Part shown: one piece after another, positions 12,529 through 25,234 of the stretch
Layout: each line of letters opens with the position of its first letter
Numbering within the stretch: the first letter of the stretch is position 1
NCBI GenBank assembly: GCA_965232515.1
Contig: CBDDPY010000002.1
Location: 960,001-1,024,000, forward strand
DNA length: 64,000 nucleotides
DNA from: Alphaproteobacteria bacterium
GTDB taxonomy: Bacteria > Pseudomonadota > Alphaproteobacteria > GCA-2731375
Direction: 5' to 3'
Notes under the pieces: model-generated
What the model was told of the DNA's origin: nothing
The model's database searches: none
What the model saw: only the letters and a program-made list of their open reading frames with translations
Translations under genes and position numbers: made by a program

Positions 12529-13829
12529 CCGTCCAGTCGGTCCAGCAGCCGGTACCAGGTCCGGAGGCCGGTCACGGCGAGGCCGCGCAGCGGATGCAAT
12601 GGGATGCCTCGCAACGGACTGACGGGCAGGCCGAAGGCCGGGTCATGGACGCCGCGCGCCCGTTCGGCTAAGAGCTTACCCATGACCGTCGCCATGGCGA
12701 TACCGCGGCCGTTATAGCCCAGGCCGGCCCACAGCCCCGGGGCCAGCTCGTGCAGATGGGGCAGATGATCCGGCGTCATCGCCACCCGCCCGGCCCAGGC
12801 ATATTCGAAGCGCGGCTCGGTGACCTGCGGCAGCATCTCGCGCACGCGCGCCTGCAGCATGCCGTAGATCTTCGGCAGGCCGCCGCCGAAGGCCGAGCCA
12901 CCGCCGCCCATCAGCAGCCGCCCATCGGCGTCGACCTGGTAGTACCACAGCACCCGCCGCGTATCCGACATGACCTGCCGGCCCGGCAGGACGGAACGCC
13001 GGACGTTCTCGCTTAACGGCGCCGTCGCGACCTGGGCGCTGAACACAGGCACCACGCTCTGCTTCAGGCCCGGCCAAAGACCGTCCGTGTAGCCGTTGGT
13101 GCACAGCAGCACCTGCTCGGCGCGGACCGTGCCATGCGCCGTCGCGACCTGCCAGCTGCCGTCCCCGCGCGCCAGGCCCGTTACCGGCGTCTCGCCATGC
13201 ACCTTCGCGCCGGCCGCCATCGCCGCCCGGGCCAAGCCGCGCACATAGCTCAGCGGCTGAATGCCGCCGCCGCGCCGGTCGATCCAGCCGCCGTGGTAAC
13301 GATCCGTGCCCAGCATGTCGGCCAGCCGGTCCGGCTCCAGCCAGTCCACATCGACGCCGCGTTCGGCCCACTGTGCGTGACGGCGCTGCAGCATCGGCAG
13401 CTTTGAGGGATGGTGTGCCGGCTGGATCCAGCCGGTCTGGCGGGCGTCGCAGTCGATGCCGTGCCGTTCAATCAATGAGAAAACCAGGTCGGCGGACCCG
13501 CCCGACGCCGCGATCACGCCCTCTGCGGCATCGGGCCCCAGCAGGCGGATCAGCTTGTCGGGATCGTGTTTCAGGCCGGGAATGACCTGACCGCCATTCC
13601 GTCCCGAGGCGCCCCAGCCGGGCGCCTCCGCCTCCAGCACGACTGCATCCACACCGGCTTCGGCCAGGTGCAGCGCGGCCGAAAGACCGGTGAATCCGCC
13701 ACCGACGATAGCGACATCGGCGCTGATATCGCCATCGAGCCGCGGCGTCGACGGTGCCGCAATGGCCGTTGTCGCCCAGAGCGAGGGCGGTAGGCCGGGG
13801 CCGTCCATGTCGTGTGCTAGAATCGCCAT
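12525..13829 (-). CDS. FAD-dependent oxidoreductase, DAO/PuuB-like
   Basis: IVGGGFTG, GASGRNGG, GYNGRGIA. Confidence 0.9.
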   Translation of the reverse strand: MAILAHDMDGPGLPPSLWATTAIAAPSTPRLDGDISADVAIVGGGFTGLSAALHLAEAGVDAVVLEAEAPGWGASGRNGGQVIPGLKHDPDKLIRLLGPDAAEGVIAASGGSADLVFSLIERHGIDCDARQTGWIQPAHHPSKLPMLQRRHAQWAERGVDVDWLEPDRLADMLGTDRYHGGWIDRRGGGIQPLSYVRGLARAAMAAGAKVHGETPVTGLARGDGSWQVATAHGTVRAEQVLLCTNGYTDGLWPGLKQSVVPVFSAQVATAPLSENVRRSVLPGRQVMSDTRRVLWYYQVDADGRLLMGGGGSAFGGGLPKIYGMLQARVREMLPQVTEPRFEYAWAGRVAMTPDHLPHLHELAPGLWAGLGYNGRGIAMATVMGKLLAERARGVHDPAFGLPVSPLRGIPLHPLRGLAVTGLRTWYRLLDRLDG

Positions 13830-13904
13830 TGGTGATATTTTAGCCCAAGCTGCATCGGACGTTTCAGACGCACATTAACACCCCCTGCGCTAAGATCGCC
13901 GGCG

Positions 13905-14723
13905 ATGGAATCGGTCGCCAAGATTGTCCTGACCGCCGTTGTCGCCTACGCGGCGCTGGTCGCCGTGATGTATGTCATGCAGCGCAACATGATGTACTTC
14001 CCCGCCGGCGCGCTGCCGGCGCCGGCGGCGGCCGGCATGCCGGAGCTCACGACGGTTCAGCTGGCGACCGATGACGGGCTGACGCTCACCTCCTGGTACG
14101 CGGCGCCGGCGTCTGCCGGCAGGCCGGTCATCGTCTATTTCCATGGCAACGGCGGCAGCATCGCCGGCCGCACCTTCAAGACCCGTCCGTTCGTCGAGGC
14201 CGGCTACGGCCTGCTGCTGGTCAGCTATCGCGGCTACGGCGGCAATCCGGGCAATCCGACCGAGGACGGCCTGATGGCCGACGGTCGCGCGGCGCTCGCG
14301 TTCGTCGCGGGGCAGGGGGTCACGCCCGAGCGCACGGTGGTGCTGGGCGAGAGCCTGGGCAGCGGAGTCGCCGTCGCCATGGCGGCCGAGCATGACGTCG
14401 CCGCCGTCATCCTCGAAGCGCCCTATACCTCGACGGCGGATGCCGGCCAGCGCACCTTTCCGTTCATCCCGGTCAAGCTGCTGATGAAGGACCGGTTCGA
14501 CTCGCTCTCGCGCATCCGCCAGATCGACGCGCCGCTGCTGATCGTCCATGGCGAGCGCGACCGCACCATCCCGATCGATCTGGGTAAGATGCTGTTCGCC
14601 GCGGCGCTGGACCCCAAGGAAGCGCACTTCCTGCCCAACGCCGGCCATAACGACCTCGCCGACCACGGCCTCATCGACTACGAGCTGCGGTTCCTGGAAA
14701 AGCTGTTTCCGTCCAGCTCGTAA
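13905..14723 (+). CDS. Membrane-anchored alpha/beta hydrolase (ABHD-like)
   Basis: N-terminal TM, FHGNGG, YRGYG, GESLG nucleophile, HGERD, AGHND. Confidence 0.9.
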   Translation: MESVAKIVLTAVVAYAALVAVMYVMQRNMMYFPAGALPAPAAAGMPELTTVQLATDDGLTLTSWYAAPASAGRPVIVYFHGNGGSIAGRTFKTRPFVEAGYGLLLVSYRGYGGNPGNPTEDGLMADGRAALAFVAGQGVTPERTVVLGESLGSGVAVAMAAEHDVAAVILEAPYTSTADAGQRTFPFIPVKLLMKDRFDSLSRIRQIDAPLLIVHGERDRTIPIDLGKMLFAAALDPKEAHFLPNAGHNDLADHGLIDYELRFLEKLFPSSS

Positions 14724-14741
14724 CAGGGACTGTCCCTGTTA
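14721..14741. terminator. Hairpin between convergent genes (TAACAGGGAC-T-GTCCCTGTTA)
   Basis: Perfect 10-bp inverted repeat at the junction of two convergent genes. Confidence 0.5.
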
Positions 14742-14747
14742 TCGAGC

Positions 14748-16379
14748 TCAGGCGGTGCCGTCGCGGAGCTTGGCGAGCGCCTGCGGGGTGTCGATGTCCA
14801 CGAAGATCGCGTCGTCGTCCATCGCCACTTCCGCCACCTGGTCGGCATGTTCGCCGATCAGGTGCTTGGCGCCGACGTCGCCCGCCACCTGGGCCATCTC
14901 GGCGAAGAACTGCCGGCCCCAGAGCACCGGGTTGCCGCGCTTGGCCTTGAAGGTCGGCACGCAGATCGCCCGGCCCTCGACCGGATTGAAACCGGCGATC
15001 AGGCGGTCGATATGCGCCGGTCGAACCCGCGGCATGTCGCCCAGCACGACAACCACGGCGTCGAGATCCTGGGGCAGGGCGTCGAGACCGGCGGCGAGCG
15101 ATGTGCTCAGGCCCTCGGCGAAATCGGGATTGTGTGCGAGCCCGACATCCTTGCCGGCGAGCGCCGACTGCACCGCATCCGGCTGATGGCCGGTCACGAC
15201 CACGACCGGGCCGGCCTGCGAGGCCAGCACCGTATCGACCACGCGGGCGACCATGGCATCGCCCTCGACCTCGGCCAGCAGCTTGTTGGCGGCGCCCATG
15301 CGGCGCGACTGTCCGGCCGCTAGCACCAACGCGCCGACCTTGGGCGCGCGGGGCGCCGCGACGACCACCTCGGCGTCGCCGGCGCGCGGCTGCGGCCGGG
15401 TGGTGATTTCCTTCAACAGGCCGCCAGCGCCCATGCGCATGATGTCCTGCCGTGTCACCGACAGGTCGGCCAGCAGCCGCGTCAGCACCCAGTCGAAGCC
15501 GTTCAGCTTGGGCGAGCGGGCGCAGCCCGGCAGCCCGACCACCGGCACCGCACCGTGATGGCCCATCAGCAACAGGTTGCCCGGATCGACCGGCATGCCG
15601 AAATGGTCGACGGCGCCGCCCGCCAGCACGATGCCGGCCGGCACCTCGTCGCGCCGGTCGGTAATGGCGGACGCGCCGAAGATCAGCACCGGATCGCAGC
15701 CGTCGTCGAGCTGCGCCTTAATCGCGGCGGCGACGGCCTCGGCGTCATGCGCGCAGCGGTCCTGCCGCTTCAGGCGGCTGCCCAGCGCCGACAGCCGCGC
15801 CTCCAGAACCTGTGCGGTCTTGTCCAGAACGCTGTCTTTGGTGCCGGGAAGTTGCGTCAGCACGATACCGGCGGCGTGCGGCTTCAGTTCGGCGATCCGC
15901 ACCAACGGCGCGCCGTCGCTTGCGACCGTCTCGGCCGCCTTGACGGCGGCGGCAGGCGCGGCGAAGGGAATGATCTTCACCGTCGCCAGCATCTGGCCGG
16001 CCTCAACGATGTCGAAGGGCTCGACCGTGGCGATGGTGACGGCTTCGTCGAGCAGGTTCAGGTCATCGACCCGCGCCCGGTCGATGACCGCGACACCGCT
16101 GGTATCGGCGTAGAGATTACAGCGGCCGGTGAAGGCGGCCTGCCGCGTCACGTTGTCGCCGCGCGCCGCCTCGGCAATCCGCGTCGCGGCAGCGTCCTCG
16201 GGCACGTCGCCGTCTTCCAGCCGCACGGCCACGACCGCGTTGATGCCGGCCTCCTGCAGTGCCACGACATCGTCGGCCGACAGCACGCGGCCCTTCTTCA
16301 TGGCGAGCCCGGGCAGGCGGACGCTATGCACCAGCGTCGCGCCGACCGCGTCGTCGAGCGGCGTGCGGCCGAAGATCAT
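14748..16379 (-). CDS. Molybdopterin-binding domain fused to MocA-type molybdenum cofactor cytidylyltransferase
   Basis: GMPVDPGNLL and GLPGCARSPKLNGFD, then LAAGQSRRMG...NKLL, LGDMP, GNPVLW, GDVGA. Confidence 0.88.
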   Translation of the reverse strand: MIFGRTPLDDAVGATLVHSVRLPGLAMKKGRVLSADDVVALQEAGINAVVAVRLEDGDVPEDAAATRIAEAARGDNVTRQAAFTGRCNLYADTSGVAVIDRARVDDLNLLDEAVTIATVEPFDIVEAGQMLATVKIIPFAAPAAAVKAAETVASDGAPLVRIAELKPHAAGIVLTQLPGTKDSVLDKTAQVLEARLSALGSRLKRQDRCAHDAEAVAAAIKAQLDDGCDPVLIFGASAITDRRDEVPAGIVLAGGAVDHFGMPVDPGNLLLMGHHGAVPVVGLPGCARSPKLNGFDWVLTRLLADLSVTRQDIMRMGAGGLLKEITTRPQPRAGDAEVVVAAPRAPKVGALVLAAGQSRRMGAANKLLAEVEGDAMVARVVDTVLASQAGPVVVVTGHQPDAVQSALAGKDVGLAHNPDFAEGLSTSLAAGLDALPQDLDAVVVVLGDMPRVRPAHIDRLIAGFNPVEGRAICVPTFKAKRGNPVLWGRQFFAEMAQVAGDVGAKHLIGEHADQVAEVAMDDDAIFVDIDTPQALAKLRDGTA

Positions 16380-17065
16380 GACGCCCCGCGGCGCAGCACC
16401 TCGGTCACCTGCGCCATGATCGCGACCGCGATCTCGGCCGGCGACTTGGCGCCGATGGCAAGGCCGACCGGTCCGTGGATGCGCGCGAAATCCTGGTCGT
16501 TAAAACCTTCCGCCGTCAGCCGGTCATTGCGCTTGGCATGCGTGCGCGAACTGCCGAGCGCGCCGATATAAAACGGACGCGCCTTCAGCGCGACGGCGAG
16601 CGCCGGATCGTCCAGCTTCGGATCGTGCGTCAGCAGCACCACAGCCGTGCGGGCGTCGGGCGCCAGCTTCTCCATGGCCTCGTCCGGCCAGTCGTCCGAC
16701 AGGTTGATGCCGGGAAAGCGGTCTTCGCTGGCGAACGCCCCGCGCGGATCGATCACCGTCACGTCATAGCCGGCGAGCACCGCCATCTGCGACAACGGCT
16801 GGGCGATATGCACCGCGCCGACGATGGCCATGCGCAGCGGCGGATTGAAGACATGCAGGAAGACATTGCCGTCATCGGTCTCGACGGTCGTGCTCTTGTC
16901 GCTGCGCACCGTCTCGGCTGCCGCCGCTATCAATGGGCTGTCTCCGGCGCCGTCGTCGCCCGGATAAAGCAATTCCTCGCGGCCGCCATCGAGCCAGGTC
17001 GCCAGCACGACCGGCCGCTTCGCCGCCCTGTCGGCCAGCAGTTGTTTGAGCGTTTCGGACTTCAT
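16376..17065 (-). CDS. XdhC/CoxF family Moco chaperone, C-terminal part
   Basis: VGAVHIAQ, LTHDPKLDD, YIGALGS, GPVGLAIGAKSPAEIA. Confidence 0.9.
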   Translation of the reverse strand: MKSETLKQLLADRAAKRPVVLATWLDGGREELLYPGDDGAGDSPLIAAAAETVRSDKSTTVETDDGNVFLHVFNPPLRMAIVGAVHIAQPLSQMAVLAGYDVTVIDPRGAFASEDRFPGINLSDDWPDEAMEKLAPDARTAVVLLTHDPKLDDPALAVALKARPFYIGALGSSRTHAKRNDRLTAEGFNDQDFARIHGPVGLAIGAKSPAEIAVAIMAQVTEVLRRGAS

Positions 17066-17382
17066 TCAAGCCGCTCGACGAAGACATTGATCTCGCCGCC
17101 GCAGGCGAGGCCCACTTCCCAGGCCATCTCGTCGCTGACGCCATAGTGCAAGAGCCGCGTGCCGCCCTCGCGGATGATCTCGCGGGCCTCGTGCACGACG
17201 GCGCCCTCGATGCAGCCGCCCGAGACCGAGCCGACGAAATTGCCGGCCTCGTCGATGGCGACCTGGCTGCCGACCGGCCGCGGCGACGAGCCCCAGGTGC
17301 TGACCACCGTCGCCAGCGCCACGCCCTTGCCGGCGGCCTGCCATTCGGCGGCCTGTTCCAGAACCTTCTCGTGATCGATCAT
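17062..17382 (-). CDS. XdhC/CoxI N-terminal domain protein
   Basis: ALATVVSTWGSSPRPVG, GSVSGGCIEG, GLACGG. Confidence 0.9.
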   Translation of the reverse strand: MIDHEKVLEQAAEWQAAGKGVALATVVSTWGSSPRPVGSQVAIDEAGNFVGSVSGGCIEGAVVHEAREIIREGGTRLLHYGVSDEMAWEVGLACGGEINVFVERLE

Positions 17383-17383
17383 G

Positions 17384-18634
17384 TCATGCGACCTCTCGCT
17401 CCGTCCCGCCGCCTTCCTCGCGCCGCGGTCCCATATGGCTCAGCGCGTCGGCCAGATCGGCAAGGCTATTCAGGTTGTGTACCGTGCGGAAATCGTCGAC
17501 GTGCGGCAACATCGCCCGTACACCCCTGGATTTGGGCTCGAATCCATCATAGCGCAAGAGCGGGTTCAGCCAGATCAACCGCCGGCAGGATTTATGCAGG
17601 CGCTCCATCTCGGCGTCGATGCCTTCGCCCGCGTCCCGGTCCAGGCCGTCCGAGATCATCACCAGCACCGCGCCCTGGCCCAGCACCCGGCGCGACCACT
17701 GATTGTTGAAGTCCTTGATGCAGGCGCCGATGCGGGTGCCGCCCGACCAATCCTCGACGGCATCCGAGACGCGCGCCAGCGCGATGTCGACGTCCTTCTG
17801 CCGCAGATGCCGCGTGATGTTGGTTAATCGGGTGCCGAACACGAAGGTATAAACCCGGTCGCGGTCGTTCGTCACCGCGTGCATGAAATGCAGGAACATG
17901 CGGCTATAGCGGCTCATGGAACCGGAGATGTCGCAGAGCACGACCAGCGGCGGATGCCGCCGCTTGCGCGAGCGCCGCTTCAGCGGGATGGTGCCGCCGG
18001 CACGGAGCGCGGCCCGGAGCGTCGCCCGCATATCGACCCGGCGGCCGCGTGGATTGGGCGTCAACCGGCGCACCGGCACGTCCATGATCGGCAAACGCAT
18101 GCGCGCGATGGCCGCCTTGGCCGCTGCCATCTCCTCGGCCGACATGGCCTCGAAATCCATGTCTTGCAGCACCTCGCGGGCCGAAAAGGTGAAGGCGGCG
18201 TCGAACTCGACCTCCTGGCCTTCCTCTTCCTCGTCGTCGCCCTCGCCACGCTGCGGCAGCATGGCGTCCGCCAGCCGTCGGCTGACCTCGTCGCGGTCCT
18301 CGGGCTCTCCGTCGCCGCCGATCGCCGGCAGCATCATCGACATCATCTTTTCCAGGATCTGCGGATTGCGCCAGAAGATATGGAAGGCCTGGTCGAACAG
18401 CTCGCGCTGGTCGTAGCGGTTGACGAAGACCGAGAACAGCGCCCAGTAGAGATCGTCCCGCTGGCCGATGCCGGCAATCTGCACGGCACGCACGGCCTCG
18501 ATCACCTTGCCCGGGCCGACCGGCAGGCCGGCGGCCCTGAGCACGCGGCCGAAATGCATGATGTTCTCGGCGATCTTGCCACCATCGGGCGGCGGGCCGC
18601 CGGGCAGGCCGGACGCGTCGGTGGGCGCGTTCAT
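17384..18634 (-). CDS. coxE: CoxE-like VWA domain protein
   Basis: MIDAS DISGSM, FGTRLT, WSGGTRIG, ISDG, WLNPL. Start ATG 18634 overlaps the coxD stop. Confidence 0.9.
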   Translation of the reverse strand: MNAPTDASGLPGGPPPDGGKIAENIMHFGRVLRAAGLPVGPGKVIEAVRAVQIAGIGQRDDLYWALFSVFVNRYDQRELFDQAFHIFWRNPQILEKMMSMMLPAIGGDGEPEDRDEVSRRLADAMLPQRGEGDDEEEEGQEVEFDAAFTFSAREVLQDMDFEAMSAEEMAAAKAAIARMRLPIMDVPVRRLTPNPRGRRVDMRATLRAALRAGGTIPLKRRSRKRRHPPLVVLCDISGSMSRYSRMFLHFMHAVTNDRDRVYTFVFGTRLTNITRHLRQKDVDIALARVSDAVEDWSGGTRIGACIKDFNNQWSRRVLGQGAVLVMISDGLDRDAGEGIDAEMERLHKSCRRLIWLNPLLRYDGFEPKSRGVRAMLPHVDDFRTVHNLNSLADLADALSHMGPRREEGGGTEREVA

Positions 18635-19563
18635 GCGCCCGATGTGGCGAGCTCGGACTTGACCTCCTGTAGCAGGCGGGCCGCCTCGCTTCCCTGGATC
18701 TTCTGGATGTCGTCCTGATACTTCAGCAGCACGCCCAGCGTGTTGTCGATGGTCTCCGGGTCCAGCGCCAGCTTGTCGAGCTGGGTCAGCGCCGCCGCCC
18801 AGTCCAGCGTCTCGGCGATGCCGGGTTGCTTGAACAGATCGGTGCCGCGCAGGCGCTGCACGAAGGCGACGATCTGCCGGCTGAGGTCGGCGTCGGCGCC
18901 AGGCACCTTGGTGCGCACGATCGCCAACTCGCGCTCGGCGTCGGGATAGTCGACCCAGTGATAGAGGCAACGCCGCTTCAGCGCATCGTGGATCTCGCGC
19001 GTCCGGTTCGAGGTGATGATGACGAGCGGCGGCGTATCCGCCGTCATGGTGCCGATCTCGGGAATGGTGATCTGGAAGTCGGACAGAACCTCCAGCAGAT
19101 AAGCCTCGAACGGCTCGTCGGTTCGGTCCAGCTCGTCGATCAGCAGCACCGGCGCACCGGCTGGATCGGCTTCCAGCGCCGTCAGCAGCGGCCGCTTGAT
19201 CAGGAATTCGCTCCGGAACACGTCCTCGCCCAGCTTCGCGCGGTCAACGCCGCCGGCGGCCTCGGCGAGGCGGATCTCGATCATCTGGCGCGCGTAGTTC
19301 CATTCGTAGACGGCGGAGGCCACGTCGAGGCCCTCGTAGCACTGCAGGCGCACCAGCCGGCGGCCCAGCGTCTCCGACAGCACCTTGGCGATCTCGGTCT
19401 TGCCGACGCCGGCCTCGCCCTCGAGGAACAACGGCCGGCCCATGGCCAGCGACAGATAAAGCGTCGTCGCCAGCGAGCGGTCGGCGATGTAGTTGCCGGC
19501 GCTCAACAGGTCCATGGTGGCGTCAATGGAGTCGGGCAGGGGCTTCGGCGCCATAATGGTCAT
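18631..19563 (-). CDS. coxD: CoxD/MoxR family AAA+ ATPase
   Basis: GEAGVGKT, RLQCYEG, LLIDELD, TSNRTRE, ALKRRC. Confidence 0.92.
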   Translation of the reverse strand: MTIMAPKPLPDSIDATMDLLSAGNYIADRSLATTLYLSLAMGRPLFLEGEAGVGKTEIAKVLSETLGRRLVRLQCYEGLDVASAVYEWNYARQMIEIRLAEAAGGVDRAKLGEDVFRSEFLIKRPLLTALEADPAGAPVLLIDELDRTDEPFEAYLLEVLSDFQITIPEIGTMTADTPPLVIITSNRTREIHDALKRRCLYHWVDYPDAERELAIVRTKVPGADADLSRQIVAFVQRLRGTDLFKQPGIAETLDWAAALTQLDKLALDPETIDNTLGVLLKYQDDIQKIQGSEAARLLQEVKSELATSGA

Positions 19564-19596
19564 CTCAATTCAGGTGCGTAATCGCAGACAAAACGA

Positions 19597-19625
19597 GGGG
19601 CGGCACGGTTTGGCCGCGCCGCCCC
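19597..19625 (-). terminator. Rho-independent terminator after coxM
   Basis: GGGGCGGC...GCCGCCCC stem followed on the minus strand by TCGTTTTG. Confidence 0.6.
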
Positions 19626-19651
19626 ATTATAGTTGGTTTCGGGCCGTTCGC

Positions 19652-20449
19652 TCAGCCGTTCGCCTGATCGACAGCCCGGCGGGCGATGACGCCGACCAGA
19701 TGCGCCCGGTACTCGGCCGAGGCATGGATGTCGGAATTCATGCCATCGGCCGACGTTGCGACGTTCGCCAGCGCGTCGGACGAGAAGTTGCCGGAAAGCG
19801 CGGCTTCCATGTCGGCATGCCGGTAGACGCAGGGCGCCGCGCCTGTCACCGCCACGCGAACGCCGCCGCTACCCTGGCTGACGAAGACGCCGACCATGGC
19901 GTAGCGCGATGCCGGGTTCGGGAACTTCACGTAACCCGCCTTCTGCGGCACCGGGAACGAGACGCTGGTGATGATCTCGTCCTCGGCCAGCGCGGTCTCG
20001 AACATGCCTGTGAAGAAGTCGTCGGCCGCGATCTCGCGCTTGTTGGTAGTGACCGTGGCGCCGAGCCCAAGCAGGGCCGAGGGGTAGTCGGCCGCCGGAT
20101 CGTTGTTGGCAATCGAGCCACCGATCGTGCCCATGTTTCGGACCTGCGGATCGCCGATACCGCCGGCGAGTTTCGCCAACGCCGGGATTGCGCTGGCGAC
20201 CTCGCCCGAGGCGGCCACCGCGGCATGCCGCGTGGTGGCGCCGATCTTCACCGCATCGCCCGAGACGCTGATGCCGCTCAGCTCGCCGATGCCGCCGAGA
20301 TCGATCACGTCGGACGGCTGCGCCAGACGTTGCTTCAACGTCGGGATCAGGGTTTGACCGCCGGCCATCAGCTTGCCGTCGGCGGCCGAGTTCAGCGCCG
20401 CCGTCGCGTCGGCCAGGCTGCCGGGCTTGTGATATGCGAATTCGTACAT
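19652..20449 (-). CDS. coxM: Molybdenum hydroxylase FAD-binding medium subunit
   Basis: AGGQTL, IGDPQVRNMGTIGGS, NDPAADYP, HASAEYRAHL. Confidence 0.93.
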   Translation of the reverse strand: MYEFAYHKPGSLADATAALNSAADGKLMAGGQTLIPTLKQRLAQPSDVIDLGGIGELSGISVSGDAVKIGATTRHAAVAASGEVASAIPALAKLAGGIGDPQVRNMGTIGGSIANNDPAADYPSALLGLGATVTTNKREIAADDFFTGMFETALAEDEIITSVSFPVPQKAGYVKFPNPASRYAMVGVFVSQGSGGVRVAVTGAAPCVYRHADMEAALSGNFSSDALANVATSADGMNSDIHASAEYRAHLVGVIARRAVDQANG

Positions 20450-20467
20450 TTGACCTGTCTCTCCCTG

Positions 20468-22837
<2,370 letters not shown>

Positions 22838-22838
22838 A

Positions 22839-23306
<468 letters not shown>

Positions 23307-23475
23307 GCCATCCTCCCTATCGGAACACCTTTAGATCTTGAACGAGAGCGCGTTTGGTCAAGCACCAAAATGGCGGTGCCGACCGGAAATCCCTCTTGAT
23401 TTGGCAGTGTTTAGCTTTGCGCAACCGAGGTCAAGCATGGAACGCCGAACGGGACCGGCGAACCCGCATTCGGCG

Positions 23476-24177
23476 CTAATCCGCATAGAACATCAGCAAC
23501 AGCACGATGACCACGATAAGCCCGGCCGCCCAGGCCCAGGTCGGCACGCCGCGATAAGGCTGCACCTGCGGCAGTTCCTCGCGCGGCGGCGGTGCGGCCT
23601 CGGCCTCGGGCCGCGGCGCCTCTGTCGCCGGCGCTTCGGGCGCCGGTGGTGCGGCCTCGGCCGGTGGCGGCGCCGGTTCCGCCGGCGGCGGGGCTTCCGG
23701 TGCTGCGGCTTCAGCGGGCGGGGCTTCGACAGCGGGGGCGGCGGCCACGAGCTCGCCGAACTTGCCGAAGAAGTCGTCGGCCATCTTCGCCGCCACGCCG
23801 TCGATCAGCCGCGAGCCGATCTGCGCCAGCTTGCCGCCGACCGTGGCGTTGACCTTGTAGGTCAGCACGGTCTCGTCGCCGTCCTCGGCCAGATGCACGT
23901 CGGCGCCGCCCTTGGCGAAACCGGCCGCGCCGCCTTTGCCTTCGCCGCTGATCGTGTAGCTCTCGGGCGGGTTCAGGTCCGACAGCGTCACCTGACCCTT
24001 GAACTTGGCCTTCACCGGCCCGACCTTGGCCGTCACCGTCGCGGCAAAGCCGCCGTCGTCGGTCTGCTCCAGGCTCTCGCAGCCGGCGATCGACGCCTTC
24101 AGCACCTCCGGATCGTTGAGCGCGTCCCAAACCCGCTGCCGGGGCGCGGGAATCCGGCGCTCACCCGTCATTTCCAT
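23476..24177 (-). CDS. coxG: CoxG (SRPBCC) membrane-anchoring protein
   Basis: VWDALNDPEVL, VGGKLAQIGSRLI, Pro/Ala/Glu linker, C-terminal TM. Confidence 0.92.
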   Translation of the reverse strand: MEMTGERRIPAPRQRVWDALNDPEVLKASIAGCESLEQTDDGGFAATVTAKVGPVKAKFKGQVTLSDLNPPESYTISGEGKGGAAGFAKGGADVHLAEDGDETVLTYKVNATVGGKLAQIGSRLIDGVAAKMADDFFGKFGELVAAAPAVEAPPAEAAAPEAPPPAEPAPPPAEAAPPAPEAPATEAPRPEAEAAPPPREELPQVQPYRGVPTWAWAAGLIVVIVLLLMFYAD

Positions 24178-24263
24178 CGGTCAACCCCTCGTCTGTCATG
24201 TAATTGTCGGTTGTTGCGCGGGACCATAACGGACGCCCCCGCCGGACCGCAAGGACGGCCCGT

Positions 24264-24686
24264 TCAGGCGGCAAGCCGCAGCAGCACGAAACCGGCGATG
24301 CCGAGCTGAACCAGATTGATCAGCATGCTGAGCCCATGCAGCCAACGAAACGGCGTCTGCGCCCGCGCGTCGCCGGCGAGATGGGCGTCGCGATAGCGGT
24401 TGATCGCCGGCCGCAGCACGGCATCCGCGAACAGGAACAGGCCCGCGACCAGGCCCAGCAGCCAGCCATCAATCCGATAGTGCACCAGGATCGCCGCCAC
24501 CAGACTGCAGGCCAGCATCGTCCGGTAGTAGAGCGGAAAGACCGCCCGGATGTACCGGCCGCCGGCCTCCGACCCCAACGCCCGAAATGCTGTCGGGGCG
24601 GCGACGAAACTGAAAAACACCATCCCGCCCACCACCAGCGCCGTCAGAAACAAGGCACTGGTGTGGAAGTTGAGATACGTGGTCAT
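24264..24686 (-). CDS. DUF4149-like four-TM membrane protein
   Basis: GGMVFFSFVAAP.AF, FPLYY, FRWLHGLSMLIN. Confidence 0.75.
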   Translation of the reverse strand: MTTYLNFHTSALFLTALVVGGMVFFSFVAAPTAFRALGSEAGGRYIRAVFPLYYRTMLACSLVAAILVHYRIDGWLLGLVAGLFLFADAVLRPAINRYRDAHLAGDARAQTPFRWLHGLSMLINLVQLGIAGFVLLRLAA

Positions 24687-24812
24687 TTATGCAGATTTGT
24701 TTGGTCGGGGATGCCGAGACGACCCACCAGCAATTTTAACCGTGTTTTCAATGCGCATCCGTTATCATCGGATGAAATCTAAACGTACAGCATTCTATCT
24801 GGCGAGGCAGAC

Positions 24813-25013
24813 GTGTTACGCATTTCGTTCGAGCAAGAGGACGACGGTCGCTGGATTGCCGAGATTTCTGAGTTGCCGGGCGTCATGGCCTATGGCGCGA
24901 CGCGGGATGAGGCAAGAGCCAAAGTCGAGGCGTTGGCATTGCGGGCACTAGCAGACCGTCTAGAGCATGGCGAAAGCGTACCGGAGCTGGGTGAGCTCTT
25001 CGTTGCCGCATGA
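24813..25013 (+). CDS. hicB: HicB-family antitoxin (short form, no DNA-binding domain)
   Basis: EQEDDGRWIAEISELPGVMAYGATRDEA. Confidence 0.88.
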   Translation: MLRISFEQEDDGRWIAEISELPGVMAYGATRDEARAKVEALALRALADRLEHGESVPELGELFVAA

Positions 25014-25222
25014 CCGAATGGCGGTCGATGCGGGCACGCCGAGTGCTGGCGGCCCTGTTGCGGATTGGTTGGCGGGTTAAGCGCCAAACAGGGTCTCATC
25101 GCGTGCTTGAGCGAACCGGTTGGCCCAACTACGTATTCGCGTTTCATGACCGCGAAGAGATCGGCCCAAGAATGCTCTCTCGCATTGCGCGCCATACAGG
25201 ACTCACACCAGACGACCTCTAA
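25010..25222 (+). CDS. hicA: HicA-family mRNA interferase toxin
   Basis: LLRIGW..KRQTGSH (catalytic His), EIGPRMLSRI; ATGA overlap with hicB. Confidence 0.9.
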   Translation: MTEWRSMRARRVLAALLRIGWRVKRQTGSHRVLERTGWPNYVFAFHDREEIGPRMLSRIARHTGLTPDDL

Positions 25223-25234
25223 CGTCGTTGGCCG

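Noticed and set aside
14721-14741. GGGACTGTCCC hairpin as a REP-family repeat
   Set aside because: I saw only one copy in the window and no RAYT transposase, so it is treated as a terminator-like hairpin.
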